64,000 bases of DNA. Origin: Octopus sinensis (Eukaryota). Both the position numbers and the translations under genes were made by a program. The notes beneath the pieces were generated by a model. That model had not been told where the DNA came from, searched no databases, and was given only the letters and a program-made list of their open reading frames with translations. Shown piece by piece: positions 1 to 12,978 of this stretch (its first letter is position 1; each line of letters opens with the position of its first letter). Location of the stretch: positions 16,802,001 through 16,866,000 of the forward strand of contig NC_042999.1 of the NCBI RefSeq assembly GCF_006345805.1. Reading direction: 5' to 3'.

Positions 1-113
1 GAAGGGACGAAAGACAAAGTGAATTCGGCGGAATTTGAACTCAGAATATAAAGACGGACAAAATACAGCTAAGTGTTTTCCCCAGCCTGCTAACGATTCT
101 GACACCTCGCCAC
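1..113 (-). mobile_element. SINE family B (tRNA-derived, Meta/MESC-like core), partial
   Basis: Matches the family B consensus seen elsewhere in the window (GGCGGAATTTGAACTCAGAA...GAAATAC...CTAACGATTCTG); truncated by the window edge. Confidence 0.75.
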
Positions 114-448
114 CTTATTTCGTCGGTATATTTATAATCGTTTGAAATGCTGATGTAGGGACAGCAATTTCTATGTAGAAGAAACTGGAGCAAGTCGATT
201 ATATCGACCGACCCCACCCCGAATTTGATTGATACTATATCGATCCCGAAAACATATTGCCAAAGTTGATTTCAGCGGTATTTAAATATAGAACGCAAAA
301 CAAACAGTAAAAAAAATTCTGCTAAGCATTTTGTTCAACGCGTTTGCAATTCTGTCAGCTAATAATAAAAGAGAATTTTAAAAATCTGCAACATAGTTTT
401 GGGTGTAGAGTAAAATTATAAGACTCCATTTTATGGGAATTAAACATC

Positions 449-630
449 AGGCGCAGGAGTGGCTGTGCGGTATGTAGCTTTCTTACCCACCAAATGGATC
501 CGCGTTCAGTCCCACTGCGTGGCAACTTGGGCGAGTGTCTTCTACTATAGCCTCGGGCCGACCAAAGCTTTGTGAGTGGATTTCGTAGTCGGAAACTGAA
601 AGAAGCTCGTCGTATATATATATATATATA

Positions 631-674
<44 letters not shown>

Positions 675-852
675 TGTGTCTGTGGTTGTCCTCCCAACAT
701 CGTTTAGCGTTTCAGCAAAAGAGACCGATAGAATAAGTAGTAGGCTTACAATGAATAAGTCCTCGGGTCGATTTGCTCGACTAAAGGCGATGCTTCAGCA
801 TGGCCGCATTCAAATGACTGAAACAAGTAAAAGAGTAAAAGTGTAAAGAGTA
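449..852 (+). mobile_element. SINE family A (tRNA-derived, CORE-like), full length
   Basis: A-box-like TGGCTGTGCGG, B-box-like GTTCAGTCCC, CORE-like TTGGGCGAGTGTCT, internal (TA)n(TG)n linker and AAAGAGTA tail; about 15 homologous copies in the window. Confidence 0.85.
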
Positions 853-1311
853 TAACACCAATGGCAATAGCGATTAAATATAATATATTTCAACAAACAC
901 AAAATGGTGGATATTTCGTCATACAAACCTAACTACCTTGCACGTAATAAATGCATCGACGATAACTTGATTAACGTTAAGGCGAGCTTAAACTGTGAAG
1001 CTAAATGGTCGCAGCTATTTGAGTGCAAAGGAATCCTTACACAAACGCATCCGCTTCCAGCATTCAGGATGTTAGTCAGTAGCGCAACATTGCCCACGCA
1101 GTTTACACTTTGTCTCTAGCTTGTAAACTATATAGCCTTTAATACATACACACACACATATACAGAGAGAGAGAGAGTAAGAGAGAGAGTGAGAGAGAGA
1201 GAAATAATACATATATGAATTATATATATTATATATAAATGTGCGTGCGTGTTTGTGTGCTTGTGTACATTAAAGCTATTATTAATAATACCAATATATT
1301 TACTGATAGGG

Positions 1312-1527
1312 TGACTCAGTACAGAGAGTAGAGCCAAATTTATTAAGTCCTATTTCATATGAACTTTAGTTTACACACACACACAGACAAAGACTATACG
1401 TATCACTTATACACATTCATACATATATACTTTATATATATATATAATGCATATATATATATGTATATATAGGTATATATATGTGTATATATATAGTTAT
1501 GTATATATATGTATATATATATGTATA

Positions 1528-1567
<40 letters not shown>

Positions 1568-1789
1568 ATACATATATATACATATATATATGCATTATAT
1601 ATATATATATACATATATATACCTATATATACATATATATATGCATTATATATATATATAAAGTATATATGTATGAATGTGTATAAGTGATACGTATATT
1701 CTTTGTGTGTGTGTGTGTGTGTGTGTGTAAACTAAAGTTCATATGAAATAGGACTTAATAAATTTGGCTCTACTCTCTGTACTGAGTCA
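1312..1789. repeat. Perfect 63-bp inverted repeat (1312-1374 / 1727-1789) enclosing a compound microsatellite
   Basis: The arms are exact reverse complements by manual comparison and are extended inward by (CA)n/(TG)n. Confidence 0.9.
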
Positions 1790-1839
1790 TATATATATAT
1801 ATATATATATATGTTTATATAAATGTAGTAAATAAATAA

Positions 1840-2010
1840 AACGGAAAAAACACAACAATATGAGCACGTGGTAGATGTAAAGTATTAGCAGACGCTCAGG
1901 GAAGGAGAGAAAGATGGTTTAACGTTTCGAGCAGAGCTCTTCTTCAAAAGCAGAGGAAAGTCCATTAGGAAAGGAAGAACGAGGAAGAAAATCGCCAACA
2001 ATTCACACAC
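1840..2010 (-). mobile_element. Short Penelope-like element, family H2a, with degenerate minimal hammerhead core
   Basis: Homologous to 10275-10475 and 55800-55960; minus strand reads TTGAAGA-A-GAGC-TCT-GCTC-GAAACGTT; flanked by TA/CA microsatellites. Confidence 0.55.
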
Positions 2011-2231
2011 ACACACACATATATATATGCTAATATCATCGATTATGTTAATTCACAATTCTTTGATCTGTAACTGGTTTGATAAATGTCAAAATGCGAA
2101 ACTTTTGGTCCTTGAATGACTCTATTGCTCCTGCTAAATATTAATAAGAATATTCACATACTCATTTATTCAATTCTAGTTTTCCTGTTTTTATCACCAA
2201 ACCTGTATATGTATCTGTAAATATATAAATG

Positions 2232-2262
<31 letters not shown>

Positions 2263-2382
2263 ATGCCGGAGCGAAGTGCTACATTACATTCTCGCCGAAG
2301 AGTATGTATCGTAGCTATTCACTACATTTGAAACTCCGAGTACTATAATGACAATCTATTACTGTTCGTTCGAAATCATAAC

Positions 2383-2454
<72 letters not shown>

Positions 2455-2722
2455 ATAAATGAAAGAATGGAGTTGAACGACGAATTAACAAAATTCCTTT
2501 ATTCTCGACATATGTTTCGAAGGCTGCATATTTCTAATTTCGAAGGAATACGGGGTGCATTATGCCGCCTTCTCATCAGGAAAAACAAGGAACTTATGTC
2601 AGCATCAAGATGCACAAAAAAACTTTTAAATGACTGCCCCACAGAGCCCATAGCGATAATGGGTTAACCGAATTATCGGTAAACCGAATTATCCATAATA
2701 AGATAATTCATTCAACTACTCA
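2455..2722 (-). mobile_element. Short Penelope-like / retrozyme-like element, family H1
   Basis: Homologous to 59071-59495; bounded by (TA)n tracts; contains a hammerhead fold. Confidence 0.65.
2494..2592 (-). ncRNA. Type I hammerhead ribozyme motif (family H1)
   Basis: Minus strand: UUCCUUGUUUUUC-CUGAUGA-GAAGGC...GCCUUC-GAAA-CAUAUG-UC-GAGAAUAAAGGAA. Core intact, stems I and II pair, stem III is the palindrome ACAUAUGU, predicted GUC cut between 2507 and 2506. Confidence 0.8.
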
Positions 2723-2723
2723 A

Positions 2724-2785
<62 letters not shown>

Positions 2786-3346
2786 CATACATACATGTAT
2801 GTATGTATGTACGTACGTGTATATGTACATATCCATGTAAAGTAATATCACAGGAAACATAAGACAATATTCTAATCCACGCATCGGTATTTAGCTTTTA
2901 GCTTCAATTCCCTGCGTTCTGTATCTGATGCATATTTTAAATTCATTTTCGGAGAAAATGAGGATCATTTAGGAGACAAGAAGAAGTTATTGATTTTGAA
3001 GTAACAAAATTTGGAGACAAATTTACGCTGAGTTTTTTTCATTGTAACAAAATTTATAAATTGAAATGTTGCCTAGTTTCCATCTCGAATAATACTGCAC
3101 ACAACTATGCATGTATGCGTAAATGCACGTGTGCATGCACACACAGACACAAACACATGCACAGAGACAAAGAGAGAGAGAGAGAAAGAGAGTGAGAGAG
3201 AGAAAGAGTGAGTATACAATGGTAGAATGATTAATATATACGCATATGTATGTCTGTATATATATCTATATATATATGCTTATATATATATATATATAAA
3301 TATACATCCCTACTTCCTTCTATCTATCTATCTATCTATCTATCCA

Positions 3347-3380
<34 letters not shown>

Positions 3381-3495
3381 CATATTCTCTCTCTCTCTCA
3401 CACACACGCATATACATTAAGTGTGTGGGCTTACAAGTCATGCACCAAACATTTGACATTTTATTTATATGTCATTATTATCAAGGCGGCGTTAT

Positions 3496-4100
3496 GGCGG
3501 TGAGCTGGCAGAAACGTTAGCACGTCGCGCGAAATTCGTAGCCGTATTTCTGAGTTCAAATTCCGCCGAGGTCGACTTTGCCTTTCATCCTTTCGGGGTC
3601 GATTAAATAAGTACCTATTTCTTTACTACCCACAAGGGGCTAAACACAGAGGGGACAAAGAAGGACACACAAACGGATTAAGTCGATTACATCGACCCCA
3701 GGGCGTAACTGGTACTTAATTTATCGACCCCGAAAGGATGAAAGGCAAAGTCGACCCCGGCGGAATTTGAACTCACAACGTAACGCAGACGAAATACCGC
3801 AAAGCATTTCGCCCGGCGTGCTAGCGTTTCTGCCAGCTCGCCGCCTTAAATAAGTACCAGTTACGCACTGGGGTCGATATAATCCGTTTGTCTGTCCCTA
3901 TTTGTCCTCTCTGTGTTTAACCCCTTGTGGGTAGTAAAGAAATAGGTATTTCGTTTGTCTTTACGTTCTGAATTCAAATTCCGCCGAGGTCGAATTTACC
4001 TTTTATCTCTTCGTTGTTGATGAATTAAGTACCAGTGAAACACTGAGGTCGATATAATGAACTAGTCTTCTTCCACCTTGATTTCAGGCCTTGTGCCTGT
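3496..4100 (+). mobile_element. SINE family B dimer, host of a nested insertion
   Basis: Head GGCGGTGAGCTGGCAGAAACGTTAGCAC and B-box GAGTTCAAATTCC; interrupted at 3616-3845. Confidence 0.8.
3616..3845 (-). mobile_element. SINE family B full-length monomer nested in another family B copy
   Basis: 13-bp TSD TTAAATAAGTACC at 3603-3615 and 3846-3858. Confidence 0.9.
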
Positions 4101-4374
4101 AGTAGACAAGATTATTATCACCATTATTCGTTTTATTGATGATGTGTATTTTCTTTATTTTATCTAGTTTATTCAACTTTAGTCAAATTAAAGCCCGTCT
4201 TTGACAATTCTGAGCGTATTGAACTTCTTTTGTGCGTGACTTTTGGCTCATCCTGTGCATGTGTGACATTTTTGTTTCTCACCCATCCTCACTTTCCCTG
4301 ACTGTTGGCTGAAAATATCGATTCAGTAGATATTGAACGCTGTGAAACGAAATTAAATGTTGGTTGCAAATGTT

Positions 4375-4570
4375 GGCACAGGGTCAAGAATTTTTTGGGT
4401 GATGATTAATCGATTACATTAAGCCAAGTGTTAAAGTAGTACTTAGTTTATCAATCCCGAAAGGATGAAAGGTAAATTCGGCTTCGGCGGAATTTGAACT
4501 CAGGACGCGAAGACGGACGAAATGCCTCTAAGCATTTTGCCCGACGTGTTAACGATTCGGCTATCTCACC
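4375..4570 (-). mobile_element. SINE family B, short-tail variant, diverged
   Basis: CGAAAGGATGAAAGG...GGCGGAATTTGAACTCAG core with a GGCACA(A/G)GG tail. Confidence 0.7.
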
Positions 4571-6696
4571 TTCCTAACGAAACTAAATATTAAATACTGC
4601 TTCGGTATTTACTGCAATGTTTTATATATCATGTAGAAGTGTGTTTGTCGATGATTTAAACATATATACACTATCCCTTTCATGGCTGTTGTTTGGAATC
4701 TGAAAAGAAATCAATAATGCTTTTGAAAATTTTATTATTCAAGAAGACATTGCCATAACTATAAAAAATTATTTTAATATTTTAATTTTGATATGTGCAA
4801 AACTGATTTTTTTTCTTTTGGTTTAATAAAAAAAACAATTACATTATTTATATGAATATGAGCTTGACACGATTTGATGTTAATAGATATAAAAAAGGTT
4901 AAGATACATGTATTTGCTATTGTTCAAAGTATTCTCTTCAAGAGCTATTGAAAGCGTATGTGCTTTGAATAATGCTAGGTGCACCACTATACAATCTGCA
5001 ATCGTTTTAAGTTGAGTAACAATGCATTTTATTTCTTAAATTCTAAATCAAAAATAAAGCTATATTTAAAGTACCGATGTATTTCTTTGATGACTAATGC
5101 CAGTGTCTAACATATTGATTTTTTTTTTCCTAAAATAGTCTACTTTACTTAATATTTTGAACATTGTTGAATATCATTACTTTCTCGACTGTCACATATC
5201 GATTAAGCAATGTTGGTTTTGTGTAAATACAATATTTGTAAAATAAATAATCACTGATGAGGATATCCTTTCTTAAATGCAATGAAAAAATGTGCAAGCA
5301 AACATCTTTTAGGAAGAAATACCGAACCTATTTTTTTCCTGTAATCATAAAAGGTCGTTCTGTATTTACATTTCACTCTGTATTCATTTTGCAAGCTGAA
5401 ATTGTGACAGCAAGCTATATTCATTAGAAATATTCACCAATCTTTACTTTCTCTGCCTCAAGATTCATATGCTTATCGTTGCAGAGAAAAAGAAATTCCA
5501 CTTTATTGATTTTTTTGTTTGAATTCTTCTCTGATCATTCAGTGTTTTGCAAAGACTTAGTTTACGTCAACTATATTCACTGTGATGAAAAATCTTTCCA
5601 GTCTGCCTCTTTCAAGCTGTCAAAATATATGGTTGTATTAATCGTATTCAAATCTACTCGCTCTCATTTCACTTTTGAGGTCTCAAAGTAGGGCATTGTG
5701 CTTCGATTATATTATTAAAGCTGATAGTAACCCAAGTGAAAAGAAAGAAACCAATCTGAGATCATACGCTACTTATCTTTTCAGTATTTGGTATATAACT
5801 ATCTACCAGTTTCGTATATCAAACTATTCCACGCTTTGGTGCAGAGAGATATTTCTTTCTTATATATTTTAACTCCACAAGTGAAGTGGAAATTAAATAT
5901 TGATTGCTGTTATTTATCGTAATGATGTATCATTATAATATCTATGAAGAAATATATATTGTTATATCTTACACACTGCTGACTATATCTGAATATGAAT
6001 CTACTTTTTCTCAGCTTATATATCCAAATATTTTCTTCTTTTTTTTTTAAACAACAAATCTTATCGAAAAAAAGAAGGAAGCAAAAAATAATAACACTTC
6101 ACAGATTTCGTCGGTGAATAGTTTCAATCCATTTTGTATGCTACTGCTTACATGGTACCCTACTATGAAATAATACAAATATATTCAGTGTTTTCGGCAA
6201 TAAAACTATATCTATCACTTAAAGTCAATAAATCATACGTAGATAGAGATATTCATACAGAAGCATGCATACACACCATATGAACATATAATATGTATAC
6301 ACACATTCACATACGTTTTCTCTATTCCATGACGTATTGCAGAATAATTTCTATAGTTTTCACCCTCCTTGTTCTACACACGTATATTCTATCATACATA
6401 TGCCTACACACAAATAGAAATATATGAGGATCATTCCACAACCGATGCGGGATTCTTGTAAGACTATTCTGAGATTTCGGCTGCAATTTCATACTGTTGT
6501 TATCGGAAATCCAATATAGAAAGACTGTAAGAAAGTGAAATAATTCGTATTTTCGGTTGGACTCGAAGTATATGAAGCTAAAAGAGAATTTTAATATTAG
6601 GCTAAAATGCCGTTCAGCATACAGAAGCCGAAGGTTGCCATGGGATACCTTTTTTCATACATACGTACATTCCCCCCCCACATATACATACATGTA

Positions 6697-6699
<3 letters not shown>

Positions 6700-6786
<87 letters not shown>

Positions 6787-6787
6787 C

Positions 6788-6885
<98 letters not shown>

Positions 6886-6930
6886 TATATATATATAATA
6901 TATTATATATATATATATATATATATAACT
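6700..6930. repeat. (TA)n microsatellite
   Basis: Near-pure TA run; source of several Y/I-rich ORF artefacts. Confidence 0.95.
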
Positions 6931-7339
6931 TATAAATAAGGGCAAACGAAAAAATTTCTAATGCCAAATATCCCGAAAATTGGACATATTGTCAATTTAC
7001 CATATAATTTCTTTTCCCAGTACGCACGCTACTTGTAAATAGGTCAACAGAAATCTCTAAAAAATTCCATTATTACCATATGGGACCGACTTCAGAGTTA
7101 GTTTAAAAAGAACCCTCCCTTCGTCAGTGATACATGTGGCAAAGAAGTAAATGAGATAAGTACTCATACCCATAGAAGAAGCAAACACGAAGTCATGAGC
7201 ACAACTAAGTACCCCAAATAAATCCAAAATAGAAATACTCCAGCCCATTCAAGACACGTACGATTTGAACTGAGGCACTCACACACTCTCTCTCTCTCTC
7301 TATATATATATACACACATACATACATGTATATATATAT

Positions 7340-7548
7340 GAGAATGTTTTTTCTCTACTTTTTTCTCTCTCCTTTTTCCCTTCCTTTTTTCTCTCCTTGT
7401 TTTTTCCCCTTTCTGTAGAAGAGCGTAGGCTCGAAACGTAATAGACATTTTCTATTCCTGAACGTTATATTAATACATCTGTTTGTTTTGTACACCACCT
7501 GTCTTCGTCTTTTGTTTTTTTCGTGAACTCTCCCCCTATATATGTATG
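7340..7548 (+). mobile_element. Short Penelope-like element, family H2b, with degenerate minimal hammerhead core at 7413-7440
   Basis: CTGTAGA-A-GAGC-GTAG-GCTC-GAAACGTA; homologous to 46655-46810; flanked by TA repeats. Confidence 0.55.
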
Positions 7549-7567
7549 AGAACATATATATATATGA

Positions 7568-7613
<46 letters not shown>

Positions 7614-7974
7614 GGACGCATATGCAAACCTATACATACACTGAAAAGTATTTATGTATATGTATGCATGTCATATTCTCAAGTGTATGTACATTTTTGC
7701 CATGCAAGGATCTCATAATTCTGTTATTATAACTACCACCCTCATAAGCCTAACAGAACAGTCTTAAGCTTAAGGTCTGTATTGTTCAAACGTCTACTTT
7801 GCAGTTCTGAATTGGTCAGATTGAAATTACATTCGTTAGAAATTAATTAATATCGTCTGTAATGTGCAAATCGGTACTGACACTACATATTATTTGTTCT
7901 AATGAAATGATTCAATAATATTTTCACGTTTGTGCTCGTATATATCATCTAATTGTAGCCATAAAACGCACCAT

Positions 7975-8166
7975 TCAAGACGGACAGACAAACGGATTAA
8001 GTCGATTACATCGACCCCAGTGCGTAACTGGTACTTATTTATTCATCACCGAAAGGATGAAAGGCAAAGTCGACCTTAGCGGAATTTGAACACAGAACGT
8101 AAAGACAGACGAACTACAGCTAAACATTTCGCCTGGCGTGCTAACTTTTCTACCAGCTCGACGCCT
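7975..8166 (-). mobile_element. SINE family B, 3'-truncated
   Basis: Matches the family B consensus. Confidence 0.8.
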
Positions 8167-8395
8167 TGCAACACAAAACATATTGAAGAAGGCATGGAAA
8201 ATTTTATTCAGTTCAACTCAACCAAAACACATTACACATTCCAAGTAAAGAAAATTATACCAGTGTTCATCTTTCAAAGTCTTGTGTGTCATGGGCATTC
8301 ATTCGTTATATCTTTCTGAAAAATTTCCTACAGGGAATATTACGAAGTCGTTTTCTTTAAAATGCTTTAAACCACGTAAAACTACATATATATAT

Positions 8396-8431
<36 letters not shown>

Positions 8432-8825
8432 ATTTTATTTGAAAGCAGCATTTGGAATCCATGTTTATTGAATAAGCTCCTGAAATGAAGTTTGTATATG
8501 GTCGAAACTATGAACATATTTATTTTGTGTGGTGAGTGGAAGTAATATTTTAGGTTGAGTGAAACCAATTATTGCGAAAAAAATCTAATTTTTACAGCTC
8601 CTTTTAAACCCAAATAAGAGTGCAGACATACCCTATTAGCAATTTCAAGCAATCAGCAATGGTGGCAATAATAAATGATGACTATAAGCTTGACATAATT
8701 TCTATAAATCAATTTAATTTATATTTTAAAATGTATTTGAATAACGAGGTTGATTTCTTTGAGACCCTTATAAAATACTGTGAGAAAAATTCTAAAAAAA
8801 GCTAATCAGAAACTAATTTCTGTTA

Positions 8826-8832
8826 ACGCTGA

Positions 8833-8867
<35 letters not shown>

Positions 8868-8908
8868 ACACCGCCGCCGGCACCACCACCACCACAACCA
8901 CCACCACC

Positions 8909-8992
<84 letters not shown>
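8826..8992. repeat. Compound trinucleotide repeat (ACT)n-(ACC)n-(ACT)n-(AAT)n
   Basis: Read directly from the sequence. Confidence 0.95.
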
Positions 8993-8996
<4 letters not shown>

Positions 8997-9794
8997 TATA
9001 CTCGTAACTTTTTATTTAAAACCAATTACTTGGTCGAAACATTCATTTCATTTAAAGAATCTCGTTTGTTTTCACAATTTCCCCCTTGCGAATATATTTC
9101 AGTTTACTGAAAGATCGACTTCACTATCTATTCCAAGCTATTCATGCATCTAATCATTTTTCAATTTATTACTTTCCAATGTCAAAGAAATTTTAAAATG
9201 TATCCCGATAAAGAGATCTGTAAATCAGATTTTGTATCTTGAGCAAAAGCAATCTTTTATTCTAAGAGCACTTATTATCTGATTTATTTGATGAAAAACC
9301 TTCTTCTTGCTCATCAGTACAATCAGTATAAAAAATTCTATGTCGCAGCTTTGAGCAGAAAAAGAAAGGTGTACATTGCTGTAATTTTAAATGAAAAAAT
9401 ACAAACAGAAAGAAAACGAAACTGTAACTAACTACAGAAAAACGAAAACTTGTATCAGGAGATGGAAGAAAATTAAAAAGGTAAATAAAGCAATATTGCT
9501 TCTTTACAAAACTAGGTATTTTCTTACGTTTTCCTTCAATTAAAGAGAGGTGAGGAAAAATGTATTACGACTACTTAAACGAAGTGAAAAGCCATGAATT
9601 CTATCTACAGTGAAAGTTTTGTCAAATTGAGAATTGTTAAGGTGTCTAAATTATGATCATACAGATGCTGTCGCACGAGCCTCCGTGTAGATTTACAAGC
9701 ACATTCTTCGGTACACACATGCAAACACATATATACAAACATACACACAGGCAGACAGACAGATATTTATACACACACATATATGTATATATGT

Positions 9795-10250
9795 ATATAT
9801 ATAAATTTAAATTTAAAATAATAAGGGTGAAAAATTGAATATTAATTTGATTAATATGAATTTAAAAGCAGTGGTCTACCATATTGAAAAACTTGTAGTT
9901 TTAGAATAAATTATATTACATACATATAAGTTGCATGACCTGTAAGTGATCTTCCATTATGCTAGAAAAAGATCCGCCACGGTTTCACCACTAAGAAAGA
10001 AATGTTCTCAAGAAAATTTAGCAAACGCCAGAACATAAGCGAGCAAGATAAATGAAAAGATACAAAATATAGATTAATCACAAACCAGGTTTCATCGTTA
10101 ACCCTTACCTAATCATATAGGTAGTTATCCGCAACTCATCAGTATGATCGTCTTTGCAAATATAATTTGCAGAATTATACACGAGTCGTACTTTCTTAAC
10201 GGTTTCTTCTAGCATAATGAATGTCTACTTACAGGTCATCCCTCTTATAT
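9795..10250 (-). mobile_element. Probable Penelope-like terminal-repeat remnant, family H3
   Basis: Unique block between TA microsatellites that carries a hammerhead fold; boundaries are approximate. Confidence 0.45.
10076..10149 (-). ncRNA. Type I hammerhead ribozyme motif (family H3)
   Basis: Minus strand: GAUCAUA-CUGAUGA-GUUG...UAAC-UACCUA-loop-UAGGUA...GUUA...CGAU-GAAA-CCUGG-UU-UGUGAUU. 7-bp stem I with two G.U pairs, stem III ACCUGGU, GUU site. Confidence 0.7.
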
Positions 10251-10274
10251 GCATATATAAATATATATATATAT

Positions 10275-10475
10275 AGTTAATCCAAACGTGAAAACACAAA
10301 GAGAAAACGCAACAACGCGAGGACGTGGAACAAGTATAGTGTTATTAGACGGTCAGGAAAGGTAAGAAAGAAGGAGAGGATTTAACGTTTCAAGCGGAGC
10401 TCTTTGTGAGAAACAGAAAAAGGAAAGGTCCAAGGAACGGAAAACGGAGAAAGAAAATCGCCAACGATACACACG
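10275..10475 (-). mobile_element. Short Penelope-like element, family H2a, core decayed
   Basis: Homologous to 55800-55960; retains GAGCTCCGCT and GAAACGTT. Confidence 0.55.
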
Positions 10476-10489
10476 CGGTCACATTGAAA

Positions 10490-10690
<201 letters not shown>

Positions 10691-10880
10691 AGATAGGTAG
10701 ATATACTTTTTTCACTGTATAATTCGCAAATCTGTCTGAACAACCTATTAGATTTTCAGGGCTACAAAGTCTTAAACAACCACCTTCTCACTGTGATTGT
10801 TATTTATCTTCCAACTCTTGCATTCGATGAAGAAAACATTGATGCTCTCAGTGCACAGTTAACTTCCACGTTATGATCTA

Positions 10881-11113
10881 GCGGCGAGCTGGCAGAATCG
10901 TTAGCACTCCGGGCGAAATGCGTAGCCGTATTTCGTCTGCCGTTATGTTCTGAGTTCAAATTCCGCCGAGGTCGACTTTGCCTTTCATCCTTTCGGGGTC
11001 GATAAATTAAGTACCAGTTACGCACTGGGGGTCGATGTAATCGACTTAATCCGTTTGTCTGTCCTTGTTTCTCCTCTCTATGTGTTTAGCCCCTTGTGGG
11101 TAGTAAAGAAATA
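10881..11113 (+). mobile_element. SINE family B full-length monomer
   Basis: 11-bp TSD GTTATGATCTA at 10870-10880 and 11114-11124; intact head and AAAGAAATA end. Confidence 0.9.
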
Positions 11114-11472
11114 GTTATGATCTACCTCATGGAATTCTGAAATGGTAAATATACCTAGAAAAAGTGCCATTGGTATAACGTATTCTAGGAACTTAAATTG
11201 TTTGACAAAATCCAGTTTCAGCTGCCGGTATCTTGTTGGGGAAAGTAAGCACCGTCATTGATATTTCTGTGAACTAGGTTTCTCTTCAATTTTGAGAAAA
11301 TTCATGGCTCCCGTTCTCGAGTTCTCCGGTGGAAAGAACCACGAATTATGGTTATATGATCAGAAGACATGATGTTTGGTGAATGGAACGAAAAGGAACC
11401 GAAACTTCTGATTCTTTGTTCAATATTTGAATTCATTGTAACTGAATCTATATTCTATCAATTAGAAAAGAT

Positions 11473-11638
11473 AGGCGTAGAAGTGGCTGTATGGTGAGTA
11501 GCTTGCTTACGAACCACGTGGTTCCGGGTTCAAAACTACTGCGTGGCACCTTGAGCAAGTGCCTTCTACTATAGCCTCGGACCGAGCAAAGCCTTGTGAA
11601 TGGATGTGGTAGACGGAAACCGAAAGAAGCCCGTCGTA

Positions 11639-11677
<39 letters not shown>

Positions 11678-11923
11678 ATATTTGTGTGTCTGTGTTTTAT
11701 GTGTGTGTGTGTGTGTATGTTTGTGTATCTGTGTTTGTCCTCCCAACATCGCTTGACAACCGATACTCGTGTGTTTACGTCCCCGTAACTTAGCGGTTAG
11801 GCAAAAGAAACCGATAGAATAAGTACTAGGCTTACAAAGAATAAGTCCTGGGGTCGATTTGTTCGACTAAAGGCGGTGCTCCAGCATGGCCGCAGTCATA
11901 TGACTGAAACAAGTAAAATAGTA
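11473..11923 (+). mobile_element. SINE family A, full length
   Basis: Consensus head, linker and tail. Confidence 0.85.
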
Positions 11924-12032
11924 GACAGAATAAGTGTACTTATCACCTTCACAAAAACCTAGAGCAGCTGACCATACAATAAATTGTTGCTTCTGTCGTG
12001 ACCATGTGTCCAAAGAAGTTGCCTTGAGCACC

Positions 12033-12294
12033 CTGTTCCTTCTTCCTTCTTGAGCCACGCTTGGCTTATAAGGGCCGGTTCCCCTGTTTCCTTGGCGTAT
12101 ATATTCCCCACCTGTACGGGACGCAGCTCCGTCGCAGGTGAGAGTTGTGGCGAAAGAGCCATGACCTTCTGCCGGAACCGCGTGGAGCTTAGGTGTTTCG
12201 CTCATAAACACACACATCGCCGGTCTGAGATTCGAACCCACGATTCCTCGACCGCGAGTCCGCTGCTCTAACCACTAGGACATGTGCCTCCACC
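12033..12294 (-). mobile_element. SINE family C2 (tRNA-derived)
   Basis: TSD TTGAGCACC at 12024-12032 and 12297-12305; the empty site is visible in the paralogous copy near 13460. Confidence 0.85.
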
Positions 12295-12345
12295 CTTTGA
12301 GCACCTGGTTGTGAATCACTGCGTATAGTCCTCACCTTTTAGTGA

Positions 12346-12706
12346 CCTTGCAGGTGGAGCCCAGTTAGAATTTTCTTCAGATCGAGTAACCCATCCCGCT
12401 CAAAAGGTCCCTGAATAAGGGTTGTTTAAGGACGTTGAACGAAACACCCATGCTTCCAGAGGTGAATTATTCAAACCCCAAAGAATCCTTCTCAACGCAT
12501 GGATATGATGCTCACCCACTACTTCTGCTCGTGATCAGAGATGCACATATCGTCAGACACTAAGGGACATGCTCAACTGGTTACGGTCAAACAACTGACA
12601 AGCAAATCTGTGGTATTGAGCAGAATATTTGCTGTAGTCTATCTTTTATAACGAGACAAAACAATGTACATGATAACACTTCCAATCAGTTAAGACCAGA
12701 AGCCAT
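12346..12706 (-). mobile_element. Inserted repeat fragment, probably an RTE-type LINE 5' UTR
   Basis: Absent from the paralogous duplicated unit (about 13505-13520); the family assignment is from recall only. Confidence 0.45.
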
Positions 12707-12978
12707 AAAATCCTCCTACACAGATTCTTTAATGCTTGCGGAGGAAGGAACCACGAATTACGGTTATATCATCAGAAGACATGACGTCGGTGAATGGGAG
12801 GAAAAGGAACTTTTAAAGCTTGGCTTCTAATTGATTTTCTAATCACGAATAAAAGTTATATAAAATGTGAATTTCATTCGATCAATACAATTAGCCGGTG
12901 ACTGTTGGATCACAGCATCACAAGAACATTACTAAATGAAATTAAAAATTAAAATAACACGTCGACTGAAATGCTAAT

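Noticed and set aside
4283-4339. Minus-strand exon-like segment
   Set aside because: It is short, has two competing donors and no recognisable peptide, and is within chance expectation.
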